In this document: piece after piece, positions 62,701 through 64,000 of the stretch
Numbering within the stretch: the stretch's first letter is position 1
Layout of the letters: each line of letters starts with the position of its first letter
Made by a program: the position numbers and the translations under genes
Notes under the pieces: generated by a model
Told to the model about the DNA's origin: nothing
Databases searched by the model: none
What the model saw: only the letters and a program-made list of their open reading frames with translations
Origin: Camelus dromedarius
Lineage: Eukaryota
DNA length: 64,000 nt
Reading direction: 5' to 3'
Assembly (NCBI RefSeq): GCF_036321535.1
Contig: NC_087472.1
Coordinates: 92,816,001 to 92,880,000 of the forward strand

Positions 62701-64000
62701 GCTGAGTTATGTAATTGGCACAAGAATATCAGTCTGTCACTATGTGTAAGAGAAAAAGAACCAGGGTCAGAATCTGAGTCCTTAGACCTAGAGAATGCTA
62801 GTAAAATTCTCTAAAAACAATACCAGCCCTCAATAAAAGTCAAAAATCCTAGAGTTACCATTTTTGATATGCACATAGAAGATAGAAGGATCTTGTGTAG
62901 TGTAGTACATCCATGTGAACTTTTAAACATTCTCCTTCCCTGGGTGTTTAATTTGTGATGAAGCCAACAATCTCTTAAAAAAAAAACAGCAAAGTATATA
63001 GCAAGCAATGTAGATGTGAATTCTTCCTAATGTCAAATTCTGATATTTAGATTTTTTAAGAAATTGAGGATGCTTTAAAATCATTTTAGCAGGTAAATTT
63101 AGAGGACAGAGCAATGAAGTGAAAATGCAGTGGATTAAAAATTAAGTGCGGTAGGCCTGTTAGCATTTAAGACATTTCAACAGTCAAAAATTTCCATTAA
63201 CAATCATGGAGGCGAGTTGTAATTGATCCCTTTTATCAAAGCACTGTGTTTAACAATGACAATTAATGATTCAAACAGTAGTAGGACATTACAACAAAGT
63301 CAGCTGCACTCAAGCAACTGGTGGATGGAATGCAGTTACTATAACACACCCTAACCAATTAAATTTCGACAAGGCTTTGGGATTTGCTGCTGCCCAGAAA
63401 CATCCTGCACCATGAAGAGTTTAATTGGCACAATCTAGGCATCATTGTCTGTGTATTTGTCCTTATATGGTTTCTAATTATTTTTAATATGGCTGTTGTT
63501 CTCACCAACAGGACCCCTTCTTTATAATTCTACTTACCATCCTCATATCTGATGCTATGTTCCCAATTCCATCCCCATATTCTTCACAGTACTTAGCAAA
63601 ATGCTGGACATTTCGCAGATGCTGAACTAAATGTACTGGCTTCAGTTAAAACAGCAAGACAACATAAGAAGCAAATAGGTCTTGTAATGCAGCTTGTCTC
63701 TCAGCCTAACAGCAATGCCTATTTACACCAACCCACTGGGGCTTGGCACATACACAGAATGGCTGACGTGCTCAAGCAACCATTACATGACGTGCTAGAG
63801 AAGGAGTGAGGGTTAAAAAAGGATGCTATGAGGATGCCCTCAAATGCACCTTTGAACATTATTACGGAACTTGGAAAGATTAGCTGCAACATTCAGTGTA
63901 GACTACAGAAAGGAGAAAGGGGATGACCTATTTTAAGCATTTAAAGCCCCAAAGTAGAAACATCAAGAAAACAACTGCTCATCGCTGCTATATTGTAGAC

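Noticed and set aside
63533..63660. Minus-strand exon ending ATG|gtaagt
   Set aside because: Upstream sequence looks like an L2/MIR tail and has no clear acceptor or meaningful frame.
1..64000. tRNA, rRNA, snRNA, known miRNA hairpins, prokaryotic systems; a gene symbol for the locus
   Set aside because: None recognised by eye. The DNA is mammalian, and I could not identify the locus, so no symbol is given.

Overview
AT-rich, CpG-depleted mammalian genomic DNA. The L1 3' ends suggest a cetartiodactyl, possibly a camelid; this is inference from recalled consensus sequences. There is no intact long ORF, and most of the supplied ORF track is chance or repeat-derived. A large share of the window is interspersed repeats: L1, L2, MIR, MaLR/ERVL LTRs and MER DNA transposons. 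The main non-repeat signal is in 1-17.6 kb: fossil + strand exons with surviving splice signals. Their stop- and frameshift-riddled translations repeatedly resemble RGS (regulator of G-protein signalling) domains, which suggests the 3' part of a decayed multi-RGS-domain gene (candidate unitary pseudogene with RGS22/RGSL1-like architecture). Two candidate - strand exons at 28.6-28.8 kb and 23.4-23.6 kb may be the end of a convergent transcript. The remaining ~35 kb looks intronic/intergenic, with enhancer-like unique blocks, a possible X-box promoter/first exon at 48.2 kb and several clear target-primed retrotransposition footprints. Repeat subfamily names and RGS matches were made by eye from memory and need RepeatMasker/HMMER confirmation. 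Repeat boundaries are approximate.
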